A stretch of 64,000 nucleotides of DNA. Origin: an uncultured Chloroflexia bacterium (GTDB lineage: Bacteria > Chloroflexota > Limnocylindria > Limnocylindrales > CSP1-4). Of the stretch, positions 11,021 to 22,892 are shown one piece after another. The stretch spans positions 13,978-77,977 of the forward strand of contig CAVQNC010000009.1 in the NCBI GenBank assembly GCA_963713795.1, given 5' to 3'. The translations under genes were made by a program, and so were the position numbers. The notes under the pieces are model-generated. The model had not been told where the DNA came from. It did not search any database and saw nothing but the letters and a program-made list of their open reading frames with translations. Numbering within the stretch: the first letter of the stretch is position 1; each line of letters opens with the position of its first letter.

Positions 11021-11391
11021 CGCGTTCTCCTAGCTGTCCCGTGGCGGCGCCCGCGCGGGACGGGGCGGGAGCCACTTCGGGCTTGTGCCAGCCGGCCCGG
11101 CGGGTCGACATCACCTGTCGACATTATGTCCAGAGTTGCGACGGTATTCGGGGACTGGGGAATTGTACGGACAGGGCGGACTGGCGCGCAAACGGGCGGA
11201 TCGAAGGGGTCCCGCCTCGTGCCCGGGTAGGCCGATGCCGGCCTCGCTGGCGCTCCTCCATGGGGCGGTAGTCGGCCGGGATTCGATCCTGGGCCGGAAG
11301 AATCTCGCCGAGACGAGCCGCTGACGCGAGAAGGTCCTCGAGTCCGGGCTCGGAGCCCGCGGGCCCGGAAGTCCGTACGACGCGCCGCAGA

Positions 11392-12318
11392 CTAGGTAGC
11401 CGGTGCCGGCTCCGCCGGTTCGGCGGGCTGGGCAGCCGTCGCGACCAGGTCGTCGGGAGGAACGTCGCCGGGGGCGTCCGGGGCGGCGTCGGGGTGGTGA
11501 CGAACCCACCAGTGCCGGAGGAGGATGGCAACGATCGCCGCGGCCGCCGCACTCAATCCTACGATCTGGGCGGTGGCCAAACCAAAGAAGGTCCAGTTCC
11601 AGCCGCTTCGGAGGGTCTCGAGGAGGCTACGCTCCACCCCATACCAGACGAGGTAAAGCAGGCCGACGTCGCCGGCGATGAGCAGGCGGCCTCGTGCCGT
11701 AAAGCGGCGCCACAGGAAGAGCAGCACGGCGACGCCGAGCAGACTCAGCATGGACTCGTAGAAGAAGAGCGGGATGAAGTGGGCGTCAACCGGGGTCGTC
11801 CCACCCTGCGCCGGGCAGGCGTACTCGGCCACGCGGTACTGGCACTGGATGGCGATGCCCCAGGGCAGTGTCGTCGGCGGGCCGTACAACTCCTGGTTCA
11901 TGAAGTTGCCCCATCGGCCGACGGCCTGGGCCAGGAGAACCGCCGGGACGACGATGTCGGCCCAACGCCAGAACGAGACGCGGTAGTGACGGGCCAGCCA
12001 GATGATGGCGAGCAGCCCGGTGAAGACGCCTCCGTAGATGCCCAGCCCGCTGTACGGCGGCAGGAAGATCTGGGCGAGGTTGTTCTGGTAGTAGGCCCAC
12101 TGGTCGATCACGTGGTAGGCCCGCCCGCCGATCAGCGCCGCGACAGCGACGACGATCAGGCTGTCGACGATGATGTCGGTGCGCTCGCCGCGTCTGCGGG
12201 CTTCTCGGAACAGCAGCCATGTCGCGGCGAGAATCGCGGCCACGTAGCCGATCCCGTACCACCGGATCTCGAGCGGGCCGAAGGCGAGGGCAACCGGGTT
12301 GGGCGTGAAATCGATCAT
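11392..12318 (-). CDS. lgt: Prolipoprotein diacylglyceryl transferase
   Basis: Start MIDFTPNPVALAFGPLEIRWYGIGY (ATG 12318), GGRAYHV, and the GRWGNFMNQELYG catalytic block. Pro/Ala/Asp-rich C-terminal tail. Confidence 0.9.
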   Translation of the reverse strand: MIDFTPNPVALAFGPLEIRWYGIGYVAAILAATWLLFREARRRGERTDIIVDSLIVVAVAALIGGRAYHVIDQWAYYQNNLAQIFLPPYSGLGIYGGVFTGLLAIIWLARHYRVSFWRWADIVVPAVLLAQAVGRWGNFMNQELYGPPTTLPWGIAIQCQYRVAEYACPAQGGTTPVDAHFIPLFFYESMLSLLGVAVLLFLWRRFTARGRLLIAGDVGLLYLVWYGVERSLLETLRSGWNWTFFGLATAQIVGLSAAAAAIVAILLRHWWVRHHPDAAPDAPGDVPPDDLVATAAQPAEPAEPAPAT

Positions 12319-12476
12319 GGTTGGACAGTGTACCGGGCGGCGCCGTTCGGCTCGCGCGTCTGCCTCGCTGCCTATACTGGGCAGGACGCCCAGCCGCCTC
12401 CATACCACATGCGCGGACGGCAGGCGCCGCGTCGTGTGAGATCTCGACGACAACCGCCCCACGGAAGGGCCGCGAA

Positions 12477-12797
12477 ATGCCGTACTACTTCTTCTTCGGA
12501 CTCCTCGGTCTTGTCATCGGCGGGGTGCTGACCTGGTTCTTCCTGGCCGACCACCCCTTCGAGTCGCTGGAGACGCCGGGCGGGCCGGTCGATCTCCTCG
12601 AGGCCGGCCTGCTGGCCAAAGAGGTGGCGGCGGACGGCATCGTGCTCGACGAAGCGACGATCGTCCGTCTGCTGAACCTCCACGGCGCCTATGTCGACGG
12701 CAAGATCCGCGAGGCCCAGGCGGCGGCCGAGACCGAACGCATCGAGGCCGAGCGGGCGCAGGCACGCCAGGAGCTGACCGGCAAGGACCCCGGCTGA
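12477..12797 (+). CDS. Small membrane-anchored hypothetical protein (1 TM + charged helical tail)
   Basis: ATG at 12477 preceded by GGAAGG. MPYYFFFGLLGLVIGGVLTWFFL is a TM segment. No family recognised. Confidence 0.5.
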   Translation: MPYYFFFGLLGLVIGGVLTWFFLADHPFESLETPGGPVDLLEAGLLAKEVAADGIVLDEATIVRLLNLHGAYVDGKIREAQAAAETERIEAERAQARQELTGKDPG

Positions 12798-12858
12798 GGC
12801 TCCCGGTCCGGCCGGGACGGGCGATGGGGCCATCGTCGCGGCCGAACCGGTCGCCGGA

Positions 12859-13635
12859 CTAGGCCACCGTTCCCGAGTGCAGGGCCACGGAGCCGAGCGC
12901 CAGTCGCTTGAAGGTGACCTCCCGCAGGCCCACTCGCCGCATCGTCGCCGCGATCTCATCGGCCGCGGGAAAGCCGCGCAGGGAGCTCGGCAGATAGGCG
13001 TAGGCGGCGCGGCGGCGGAAGATGGCCCCGATGAGCGGCGCCGTCACTCGGAAGAGGCCGACGTAGGCCCGGCCCAGGAACCTCGGCCGCGGCACCGACA
13101 GCTCCAGGCAGACGACCCGTCCCCCACTCCGTACGGCTCGGGCCAGCTCGCGGAATCCATCTTCGAAGCTGGCCAGATTGCGCAGGCCGAAGGCGATCGC
13201 GGCGGCGTCGAACGACCCGTCCTCGAACGGCAGGGCCAGCGCGTTTCCGAGGACGAACTCGATCCCGGGCATCTCGCCGAAAGCACCCCTTGCCTGGTCC
13301 AGCATCGCCGGCGAGAGATCGACACCGACCACCCGGCCCTCCGGCCCGACCTCGGCGGCCAGCGCCGCGGTCAGCTTGCCGGTGCCGCAGGCAACGTCCA
13401 GGGCCGACCCGCCGCGCGAAAGGCGAGCGGCGCGGACGGCCGCCCGCCGCCACCGGCCGTCCATGCCCGCCGTCATGAGCGTGTTCATGCGATCGTAGAC
13501 GGGCGCGATGGAGTCGAACATCGACGTGACGCTCGGCTCGGGCACGGTATTGCCCGGCCGGCTGGCACCCCGGGCCGATGCCACTGTTGGCGCCGCGCCG
13601 GCCGCGGCCGGGCCGGGTTCCCGGCGATCGGTCAC
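12859..13635 (-). CDS. ubiE: Demethylmenaquinone/ubiquinone methyltransferase (UbiE/MenG family)
   Basis: FDSIAPVYDRMN and LDVACGTGKLT SAM motifs. The GTG start overlaps the Lrp stop (GTGA at 13632-13635). Confidence 0.85.
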   Translation of the reverse strand: MTDRREPGPAAAGAAPTVASARGASRPGNTVPEPSVTSMFDSIAPVYDRMNTLMTAGMDGRWRRAAVRAARLSRGGSALDVACGTGKLTAALAAEVGPEGRVVGVDLSPAMLDQARGAFGEMPGIEFVLGNALALPFEDGSFDAAAIAFGLRNLASFEDGFRELARAVRSGGRVVCLELSVPRPRFLGRAYVGLFRVTAPLIGAIFRRRAAYAYLPSSLRGFPAADEIAATMRRVGLREVTFKRLALGSVALHSGTVA

Positions 13636-14132
13636 GAGTTGGACGAGCCCGGCAGAGCCTCGGGCTCCCGGGGAATGCGGATCGGACGCCTTTCGAAGGC
13701 GCTAGAAAAGACGACCTGAGTCTCGGTCGTGAAGACGTGCCCGACCTGCTGGATCGAGTGAAGGACGCGCTCCAGGTGCCGGGTGTCCGTCGCCCGAACC
13801 TTCAGCAGGTAGTCCGACTCACCCGCCAGGTGATGGCACTCCTCGATCTCGTCGATGCCGACGAAATCGCCCGTCATGTCCGTGGCGATCGTGCCCGGCA
13901 CCTGCTTGATGAAGATGAACGCCAGCACTCCGTAGCCCAGGAGGGTCGGGTCGACCTGTGCGGAGTAGCCGCGAATGACGCCTCGCGCCTCGAGTTTCTT
14001 GACCCTCTCGTGGGCGGATGGCCCGCTCATCCCGACCGTCTGGCCGACCTCCGCGTAGGACTCGCGCCCGTCGCGTTGGAGCAGTTCCAGGATGCGAGCG
14101 TCCGTCTCGTCGATGCGTTCGATAGAGCCCAT
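13632..14132 (-). CDS. Lrp/AsnC-family transcriptional regulator
   Basis: N-terminal HTH (DARILELLQRDGRESYAEVGQTVGMSGPSAHERVKKLE) plus a C-terminal RAM/AsnC_trans_reg-like domain. Confidence 0.9.
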   Translation of the reverse strand: MGSIERIDETDARILELLQRDGRESYAEVGQTVGMSGPSAHERVKKLEARGVIRGYSAQVDPTLLGYGVLAFIFIKQVPGTIATDMTGDFVGIDEIEECHHLAGESDYLLKVRATDTRHLERVLHSIQQVGHVFTTETQVVFSSAFERRPIRIPREPEALPGSSNS

Positions 14133-14261
14133 CTCGTCTGTGTCCTCGCCCCGATCCGAGGCCTCCCGAAGCCTCCTGTCCAGCCTAGCCGATCCCCGCC
14201 GAATCGACAGGGAATCGGACTGCGACCGCCGCGCCAGATCCGCCGGCCGGTTCGGGCACGA

Positions 14262-14588
14262 CTACCAGCCGTAGCCTCGACCTCGGGCCGTAGCGCCGAG
14301 AGATCCGGCCGGGAGATGGGCCTCCAGGCAGGTGACGCCTTTCGCGCCGACAACCGCGTCGTGGAGGACGTGGGCCGGCAGATCGAGCCGCTCGCCGGCG
14401 GCGAGCACGAATCCGACACCGTAGCCGACCAGGCCGAACGTGATCGAGCCTGCGACGGCCACCACGACCTTGTCGTAGTCGTGGACGTGTTGCTCGTAGC
14501 GTTCACCCGGGAGATTCGACCAGGCGGAGGTGGTGAGACCCTCTGCCAGCAACCTCGCCTCAACGCTGGCTCGATCGACTCGGCTCAT
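14262..14588 (-). CDS. Cupin-domain protein
   Basis: ATG at 14588 with a G-rich RBS. 109 aa with HVHDYDKVVVAVAG...F and LPAHVLH, consistent with a small cupin barrel. Confidence 0.55.
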   Translation of the reverse strand: MSRVDRASVEARLLAEGLTTSAWSNLPGERYEQHVHDYDKVVVAVAGSITFGLVGYGVGFVLAAGERLDLPAHVLHDAVVGAKGVTCLEAHLPAGSLGATARGRGYGW

Positions 14589-14940
14589 CTCGGTTCTTTT
14601 CCCCCTTGCCGGAGTCTCCAGGTTGGACGCCCTGACGACTGTCCCGGGACCGAAGACCGGTGCGCCGGCCCTTCTCCGGCCCCGGCATGTTGACTTGATC
14701 CCTCTCCAGCGTGACCCGGTCGGAAACCGGCGGAAGGTCGGGCGCAGCCTTCCTCCAGGCCACGTCCGCCGCGGCGCCGCGCGCGTCGGTCCCCGTTGCC
14801 ACGACCGCGAATATCGCCAGGCCAACCGCGGCGGCCGCGAGCGTGGCGATCTCGCGGGTTGCGTGTAGCGAGAAGAAGAGCAGGGCCCACAGGGGAATCC
14901 CGACGAGGGTCGCCCCGATCAGGCCCTTCAGTCGCTGCAA
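14560..14940 (-). CDS. Hypothetical small membrane protein (2 predicted TM)
   Basis: Hydrophobic N-terminal half (LIGATLVGIPLWALLFF..., AAAAVGLAIFAVVA). It overlaps the cupin start by 29 nt. No homology recognised. Confidence 0.4.
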   Translation of the reverse strand: MQRLKGLIGATLVGIPLWALLFFSLHATREIATLAAAAVGLAIFAVVATGTDARGAAADVAWRKAAPDLPPVSDRVTLERDQVNMPGPEKGRRTGLRSRDSRQGVQPGDSGKGEKNRDEPSRSSQR

Positions 14941-15158
14941 CGAACTCCTCGCAGACCTGGCTGGTCACGCCGCACGGAAGCCCATCCGAACGTGACACGG
15001 GTGCCGAACCATCGGCTGGACGAACCGGCCCGGCAACACGAATCAGGAGGTTCCACCACGGCGCTCGAGCCTGCCCGTGCATCGTACCGCTACACTCGGG
15101 GCGTGTGCATCGGTTCCGATCCGTTCGACCCTGCCGGTCCTCCACGCGGGCCGGGACG

Positions 15159-16175
15159 ATGAAGCCGCTCCGACATCTCTCCGCCGCCGAAGTCGCATTC
15201 GCGATGCCGCCACTCGGCGAGCGACTCGGCCTGGCCGAGCGGACCCTGCGAGCCCTGGGTCGCGAAGCCGATCTGCCGCCCAAGATCGGGGTTCATCCGC
15301 GACAACCCGGGTCGCTGGCGCAGGCCATGCCGGCGCTGCTTCGCGGAGGGGCCCCCGACGGCTCGGCGGACCTCCTCGGCGCCAAGTGGATCACGGGCTT
15401 TCCGGCCAACCCGGGTCTCGGTCTGCCGGCGTACCAGGCCATCGTCTTGCTCAACGACCCGGTCACGGGCGAGCCGCTGGCGGTGATGGACGCGGCCGCG
15501 ATCACGGCAGGCCGAACGGCCGCCGTCAGCGGGACGGCCATCCGCCACTTCCTGCCCGGGGGCGCGGGGCCGGATGGGGCGCCGGCCCGCGTGGCCGTAC
15601 TCGGAGCGGGGGCGCAAGCCCGCAGCCACCTGCCCATGATCGGGCATCTGCTGCCCGGCTGCCTGGTGCGGCTGACCGACGTCGACGCGGCTCGGGCCGC
15701 GACGCTGGCCGACGAGGCGGCGGCGGTCGAAGGGGTCGCTTCGGCGGAAGCTGTCTCGAGCGTACGCGGCGCCGTCGAGTCGGCCGACGTCGTCGTCTCG
15801 GTCATCTCCTTCGGCCCCGACCGGCAGGCCCTGGATCCGGCCTGGCTGGGGCCCGAGACTCTATTCGTGGCCGTCGACTACGACATGCAGGCTCCGGCCG
15901 CCCTGGCGCGCGAAGCCTTCTTCGCCGTGGACGATCGGGCGCAGTTCATCGCCACTCGCGCCGGTCCGGTCTTCGCCGGCTACCCGGACCCGGACGTGAC
16001 TCTCGGCGAGCTGCTGCGCGGAGACTCGCCGGTCGGGGCAGCCTCGGGTCGCGGACGCCCGAGCGGCCGCGTCCTCGTCTCGCACCTGGGCGTCGGCCTA
16101 GCGGACGTCGTCTTTGCTTCGGCCGTGCTGGAGCGAGCGGAGCGTCTCGGCCTTGGGCGGATCCTGCCGAGCTGA
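15159..16175 (+). CDS. Ornithine cyclodeaminase / mu-crystallin family protein
   Basis: ATG at 15159. AITAGRTAAVSG and VAVLGAGAQARSH Rossmann block typical of the OCD/mu-crystallin family. Confidence 0.8.
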   Translation: MKPLRHLSAAEVAFAMPPLGERLGLAERTLRALGREADLPPKIGVHPRQPGSLAQAMPALLRGGAPDGSADLLGAKWITGFPANPGLGLPAYQAIVLLNDPVTGEPLAVMDAAAITAGRTAAVSGTAIRHFLPGGAGPDGAPARVAVLGAGAQARSHLPMIGHLLPGCLVRLTDVDAARAATLADEAAAVEGVASAEAVSSVRGAVESADVVVSVISFGPDRQALDPAWLGPETLFVAVDYDMQAPAALAREAFFAVDDRAQFIATRAGPVFAGYPDPDVTLGELLRGDSPVGAASGRGRPSGRVLVSHLGVGLADVVFASAVLERAERLGLGRILPS

Positions 16176-16208
16176 GGCAGCGGCGGGAAGCTGAGATGGA
16201 ACGAGGGC

Positions 16209-16559
16209 CTAGCGGTTCACCGCGAGCGGACCCTCGGGTACCTCGATCAGGACGCGGCCGCCCTCGACCACGACCGGATAGACCACGAGCGGCCAGTCCG
16301 CGGGCGGATCGAGCACGTCGCCGTCGAGCAGCGAGAAGCGGGACAGGTGGAGCATGCACATGACCGTGTCGCCGATCAGCGTGCCCCGGTCCAGTTCGAA
16401 GTACTCGTGCGAGCAGACTCCCTGGGTCGCGTGGAACCGGCCGTCGAGATTGATCACCAGCACCACTTCGCCGGCCGCGTCGCACAGCTTCATCGTGCCG
16501 GGCGGAACCTCGTCCGCGGCGCAGAGGTCGATACGCTGCGGTCCCGCGGCGCCCCTCAT
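16209..16559 (-). CDS. Rieske [2Fe-2S] ferredoxin-like protein (suf-associated)
   Basis: CSH...(17 aa)...CMLH Rieske ligand motif. It lies 7 bp downstream of sufD. Confidence 0.85.
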   Translation of the reverse strand: MRGAAGPQRIDLCAADEVPPGTMKLCDAAGEVVLVINLDGRFHATQGVCSHEYFELDRGTLIGDTVMCMLHLSRFSLLDGDVLDPPADWPLVVYPVVVEGGRVLIEVPEGPLAVNR

Positions 16560-16566
16560 CTCGACC

Positions 16567-18000
16567 TCAGGCCACCGCGCCCGCGGCCGGCCGAGCCACT
16601 ACCCTCGCGTCCCATTTCGCCTCGAGCAGCTCACGCAGCCGCTCCCTGGCCAATTCGAGCGGTACGCGGGCGACCACCGGCTCCAGGTAGCCCAAGACTA
16701 TGGCCCGCCGCGCCTCCTCGGGCTCGAGGCCGCGGCTCTCCAGGTAGAAGAGCTGGGTCTCGTCGATCGGGCCGACCGAGCTGGCGTGGGCCACCCGGCG
16801 GCAGTCCGGCTGGTCGATCTCCAGGCTGGGGATGGCCACGGAGCGGGCCTGCCGCGACAGCAGCATCCCGAACTCGCCGAGGTAGCTGTCGGTCCCATGA
16901 GCCGTGTGCTCGATCGTGGCAAGTCCCTTCATGTAGACCCGCGAGCGATCGGCCAGGGCGCCCTTGGAGAGCAGGTTGCCGGTCGTGTCCCGGCCGACGT
17001 GCCGCGTGTACGAGGTCAGGTCGAAGAGCTGGTCGGCCGAGCCGAAGACGATCTCGGCCTGCTCGACCGCGGAGCCGTCGCCCTCGAGGCGGTTGTCGAT
17101 TCGACTGCGGACCACCCGGCAGCCGAGCTGCGCCAGCGCCCAGTGCACCGTCGCCCCGCGGCCGAGGACGGCCGAGCGGTGCTGGAAGGCGATCTGCCTC
17201 AGCGAGAAATCCTGCAGGCCGGCGAACGCCAGCGTGGACCCCGCCCCGATCTGGACTTCGGTCGTGCCGGCGAAGAAAGCCTGGGCCTCGGTCGCGGCCG
17301 GATTGGATTCGTCCGCCGCGACCTGCTCCTCGACGACCGAGACTTCCGCGTCCTCGCCGATGGAGATGACCGTTCGAGTCAGGAGGGCGGTATCGGGCGC
17401 GCCGACGGACCAGCGCAAGACGATCGGCCGCTCGAGACGCACGCCGTCCGGGACGTGGAGGAGCAACCCACCGGACCACAGGGCACGCGTCATCTGGGCG
17501 AGCTTGTCGTTCTCGGGCAGGGCGCAGCCGCCCTCGAGGAGCCGGCGCATGAACTCCGGGTCGCGCAGGCGCAGGCCCCCGAGTGTCTCCAGGATCACGC
17601 CGGCGGAGCGGGCCTCATCGGAGAGGACCAGGGCCTCGACACGGTTCTCGCCGATCTCCGCATAGGCCGCCGCCCCTTCGGGAAGCAGCTTCGCGTCGGC
17701 AGCGCGCGGGGCCACCGAGGCGGGACCAGCGTAGGGCCGCGCGGCGGCAAGCCCGGCGTTGCGCAGGTCGACGTACGTGGTGTATAGCGGGTTCGTCTCG
17801 ATGGGGAGCGACTCGAAGGCGCCCAGCCCCTCCAGTCGATCGGCCAGCAGCCAATCGGCGTCGCCGGCGGCAGCGGAGACGCCACGAACAGTGCCCTCGT
17901 CCACGAACGAGAGAGTCAGATCCGAGGGGCCCTGTCGAGCGGGCGCGGCCTGTCGAGCCGGCTCGGCGACTGCCTCCACGGTTTCTGGTCGAGCCGTCAT
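16567..18000 (-). CDS. sufD: Fe-S cluster assembly protein SufD
   Basis: SufBD-fold C-terminal half ([17 protein letters not shown]...SLEIDQPDC...[21 protein letters not shown]). ATGA overlap with sufB (17997-18000). Confidence 0.9.
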   Translation of the reverse strand: MTARPETVEAVAEPARQAAPARQGPSDLTLSFVDEGTVRGVSAAAGDADWLLADRLEGLGAFESLPIETNPLYTTYVDLRNAGLAAARPYAGPASVAPRAADAKLLPEGAAAYAEIGENRVEALVLSDEARSAGVILETLGGLRLRDPEFMRRLLEGGCALPENDKLAQMTRALWSGGLLLHVPDGVRLERPIVLRWSVGAPDTALLTRTVISIGEDAEVSVVEEQVAADESNPAATEAQAFFAGTTEVQIGAGSTLAFAGLQDFSLRQIAFQHRSAVLGRGATVHWALAQLGCRVVRSRIDNRLEGDGSAVEQAEIVFGSADQLFDLTSYTRHVGRDTTGNLLSKGALADRSRVYMKGLATIEHTAHGTDSYLGEFGMLLSRQARSVAIPSLEIDQPDCRRVAHASSVGPIDETQLFYLESRGLEPEEARRAIVLGYLEPVVARVPLELARERLRELLEAKWDARVVARPAAGAVA

Positions 18001-19397
18001 CCGAGCGCACCCTCCATCTCGAGCTTCACCAGCCTGTTGAACTCGATGGCGTACTCCATCGGGAGTTCCTTCGTGAAGACCTCCAGGAAGCCCTGGACGA
18101 CCAGGTTGGTGGCTTCGTTCTCGGTCAGGCCGCGGCTCATCAGGTAGAAGACCTGGTCCTGGCTGATCTTGCCGACCGTGGCCTCGTGGGTCATCGTGGT
18201 GTCGTCTTCCTGGATGTCGATGTACGGGTACGTGTCGGAGCGGCTGCCCTCGTCCAGGAGCAGCGCGTCACACCGGACGCTGGCCACGACGCCCGTCGCC
18301 CCCGGCACGACCTTGAGCTGGCCTCGATAGGTGGTCCGGCCGCCATCCTTGGAGATCGACTTGCTGATGATCCGGCTGCGCGTGTTGGGGGCGAGGTGGA
18401 TCGCCTTGGCGCCGGTGTCCTGGTGCTGTCCCTTGCCGGCAACGGCCACCGAGATGACCTCGGCCGTGGCGCCCTCCCCGCGCAGATAGATGCTCGGGTA
18501 CTTCATCGTCAGGCGAGAACCGGTGTTCGCGTCGATCCACTCGACGGTAGCGTGGGCGTGGGCGTGGGCACGCTTGGTGACGAGGTTGTAGACGTCGTTC
18601 GACCAGTTCTGGATCGTGGTGTAGCGGACCTTCGAGCCCGGCAGGGCAATGACTTCGACGACCGCGGCGTGGAGCGCGTCGGTGGTGTAGATCGGGGCCG
18701 TGCAACCCTCTATGTAGTGGACCTTGGCCCCCTCGTCGACGATGATCAGCGTCCGCTCGAACTGCCCGGTGTTCTCGGCGTTGATGCGGAAGTAGGCCTG
18801 CAGCGGCAGCGGGACCTCGACGCCCTTGGGGACGTAGACGAACGACCCGCCCGACCAGACGGCGCTGTTCAGCGCGGCGAACTTGTTGTCCTCGGGCGGA
18901 ACGACCGTGGCGAAGTACTTCTTGAACAGCTCCGGGTACTCCCTGAGTCCCTGGTCGGTGCCCATGAAGACGACGCCGATCTTCGAGAGTTCCTCGCGGA
19001 CGCTGTGGTAAACGACCTCGGAGTCGTACTGAGCGCCGACGCCGGCCAGGAACTTCCGCTCCGCCTCCGGTATCCCGAGGCGCTCGAAGGTCTTCTTGAT
19101 CTTGTCCGGGACGTCGTCCCAGGACTTCTCCTCGCCCTCGGAGGGCTTGCGGTAGTAGACGATCTTGTCGAGGTCGATCGTGAACAGGTCGCCGCCCCAC
19201 GTCGGCATCGGCCGCGACAGGTAGTGCTCGTAGGCACGCAGGCGGAAGTTGAGCATCCACGCCGGCTCGCCCTTGAACCGGCTGATTGCCTCGACGGTGC
19301 CGCGGGTAAGGCCGTGGCCGGTCTGCTCGAGGTAGTCGACGTCGTCGTGAAAACCGAACTTGTACTCGCTGGAGACGATTTCCCGGCTGGTGACCAT
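17997..19397 (-). CDS. sufB: Fe-S cluster assembly protein SufB
   Basis: 466 aa, highly conserved SufB blocks ([24 protein letters not shown]). AAGGAG RBS. Confidence 0.95.
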   Translation of the reverse strand: MVTSREIVSSEYKFGFHDDVDYLEQTGHGLTRGTVEAISRFKGEPAWMLNFRLRAYEHYLSRPMPTWGGDLFTIDLDKIVYYRKPSEGEEKSWDDVPDKIKKTFERLGIPEAERKFLAGVGAQYDSEVVYHSVREELSKIGVVFMGTDQGLREYPELFKKYFATVVPPEDNKFAALNSAVWSGGSFVYVPKGVEVPLPLQAYFRINAENTGQFERTLIIVDEGAKVHYIEGCTAPIYTTDALHAAVVEVIALPGSKVRYTTIQNWSNDVYNLVTKRAHAHAHATVEWIDANTGSRLTMKYPSIYLRGEGATAEVISVAVAGKGQHQDTGAKAIHLAPNTRSRIISKSISKDGGRTTYRGQLKVVPGATGVVASVRCDALLLDEGSRSDTYPYIDIQEDDTTMTHEATVGKISQDQVFYLMSRGLTENEATNLVVQGFLEVFTKELPMEYAIEFNRLVKLEMEGALG

Positions 19398-19414
19398 CGG
19401 GCTCCTTGAACGAG

Positions 19415-19450
19415 GCGGCGGTCCCGCGGAGGGGGACGCCGGACCGCCGC
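19415..19450 (-). promoter_or_regulatory. Perfect 10-bp-stem hairpin in the sufB 5' leader
   Basis: GCGGCGGTCC (19415-19424) pairs with GGACCGCCGC (19441-19450), with a 16-nt loop. It sits immediately upstream of the sufB RBS. Confidence 0.5.
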
Positions 19451-19462
19451 TGAGTGTCCTTC

Positions 19463-19489
19463 TAATTCCGACTCATATTATCGGGATTA
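19463..19489 (-). promoter_or_regulatory. AT-rich inverted repeat TAATTCCGA-N9-TCGGGATTA upstream of sufB (candidate operator/promoter)
   Basis: 8/9 matching arms read from the sequence. This is the only AT-rich patch in the 260-bp suf upstream region. The minus strand contains TAATAT (-10-like). Confidence 0.4.
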
Positions 19490-19658
19490 CTGGGGGCGGC
19501 GTCAATCGCGTGGAGTTGACGCCGGGCCGCCGCCACGAGGCCGCGAACTCGGCCCCGACCTGCCGCCGCCGCGCGACGTTGTCCGCCGACGGTCTTCGTC
19601 CATTCCCACGACACCGCCCCATCCAATCTGGCCGTGATATTCTGCCGCCTGCCGGCGG

Positions 19659-20468
19659 TTGACGCCTCCGCTCACGTCCGCGTCAACCCTGGAATCTCGG
19701 ACGCCCGCGGGTTCCGTCGTTGCGGCCCCAGGCCCCAGCCGCGAAGTCCGCAGGTTCACCGTCACGACCGCGAGCCCCGGTCAGACCCGGCCGGGCGCGC
19801 GGGCCAGAGCGCAGGTCGAGCCCCGGGCGGCCCGACCGACGAGGATCTATTTGAAGCCATTCTCACCCGCGGCAGTCCTGGCCATGACGGCGGCCTTCAT
19901 CCTGGTCGTCGACGCCGTCATCGTCATCGTGCCGAACGCGCTGGCCGCTCCGGCTGGATCGCCCTCGCCGTCCGTCGCCTTCTCGCCGGATCAGGGCGCT
20001 CGGATCGCCCTGGCTTCACCGACGGTCTTGCCGGCAGATCCGACGCCGGGTCCGGCGACCGAAGCGAACGCCTACATCCCGTTATTCCCGCCCGGGCCGG
20101 AGTCGGCGACGCCGACGCCCGCTTCGACTCCTGCTCCGACCGCCAGGCCGAAGAAGACGCCGGCTCCCACTCCGAGGGATACGGTCTGGAACGCTCGCAT
20201 ATACGTCAAGAACCGCGTGGGCGCGAAGGGCTACGACTGCATCAACGCCGTCTGGACGGTTGAATCGAAGTGGAACCCTCGTGCCGGCACGCCCACGGGC
20301 GCGTACGGCATCCCGCAGGCTTTCCCGGGCACCAGGATGGCCGCCTTCGGGTCGAACTGGCGCTACAGCCCGCTGACCCAGGTCAAATGGGGCCTCTGGT
20401 ACGTCACGACCAGGTACGGCTCGGCCTGCGCGGCCTACACCTTCTGGAAGGCCAACGGCTGGTATTGA
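19659..20468 (+). CDS. Secreted/membrane-anchored protein with C-terminal lytic-transglycosylase-like domain
   Basis: C-terminal W.VESKWNPRA....GAYGIPQAFPG..MA..G..W...PLTQVKWGLWYV..RYGS.C.AY.FW...GWY block, as in actinobacterial SLT-like cell-wall hydrolase domains. Hydrophobic anchor plus Pro/Ala/Thr linker. The true start is uncertain (possibly an internal Met at 19884). Confidence 0.65.
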   Translation: MTPPLTSASTLESRTPAGSVVAAPGPSREVRRFTVTTASPGQTRPGARARAQVEPRAARPTRIYLKPFSPAAVLAMTAAFILVVDAVIVIVPNALAAPAGSPSPSVAFSPDQGARIALASPTVLPADPTPGPATEANAYIPLFPPGPESATPTPASTPAPTARPKKTPAPTPRDTVWNARIYVKNRVGAKGYDCINAVWTVESKWNPRAGTPTGAYGIPQAFPGTRMAAFGSNWRYSPLTQVKWGLWYVTTRYGSACAAYTFWKANGWY

Positions 20469-20669
20469 ACCGGCGGGGCACGCTCCGGCATGCGCCCGCC
20501 GGGCGCCGGCGAGGCTGGAAGGCGGCCAGGGCCCGCACCATGAGGGCCCAAACCGGCCCGAAATGAGCCTCATCGGCGCGACTCTGGACCGGGTCCCGAA
20601 GCTGTGGCAGGCTGATTTCCAGCATCCGCGCCGGTAGCCGCGGTGACTCGGCAGCAAGGGGACCGCATC

Positions 20670-22814
<2,145 letters not shown>

Positions 22815-22820
22815 CCCGGC

Positions 22821-22840
22821 CCGGCGGTCACGACCGCCGG
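22821..22840 (+). terminator. GC hairpin just after the glgX stop
   Basis: CCGGCGGTC-AC-GACCGCCGG, perfect 9-nt arms (effective 8-bp stem with a 4-nt loop). No U-tract. Confidence 0.35.
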
Positions 22841-22892
22841 CGGCGACCAGCCCCGCCGCGCCGCGCCGCCGCGAACCCGCCACAATCCCACA

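Noticed and set aside
11276-11292. tRNA T-arm-like sequence CCGGG-ATTCGAT-CCTGG in the pckG/lgt intergenic region.
   Set aside because: No complementary acceptor stem, D-arm or anticodon arm could be built from the flanking about 70 nt on either strand. The loop deviates from TTCRANY.
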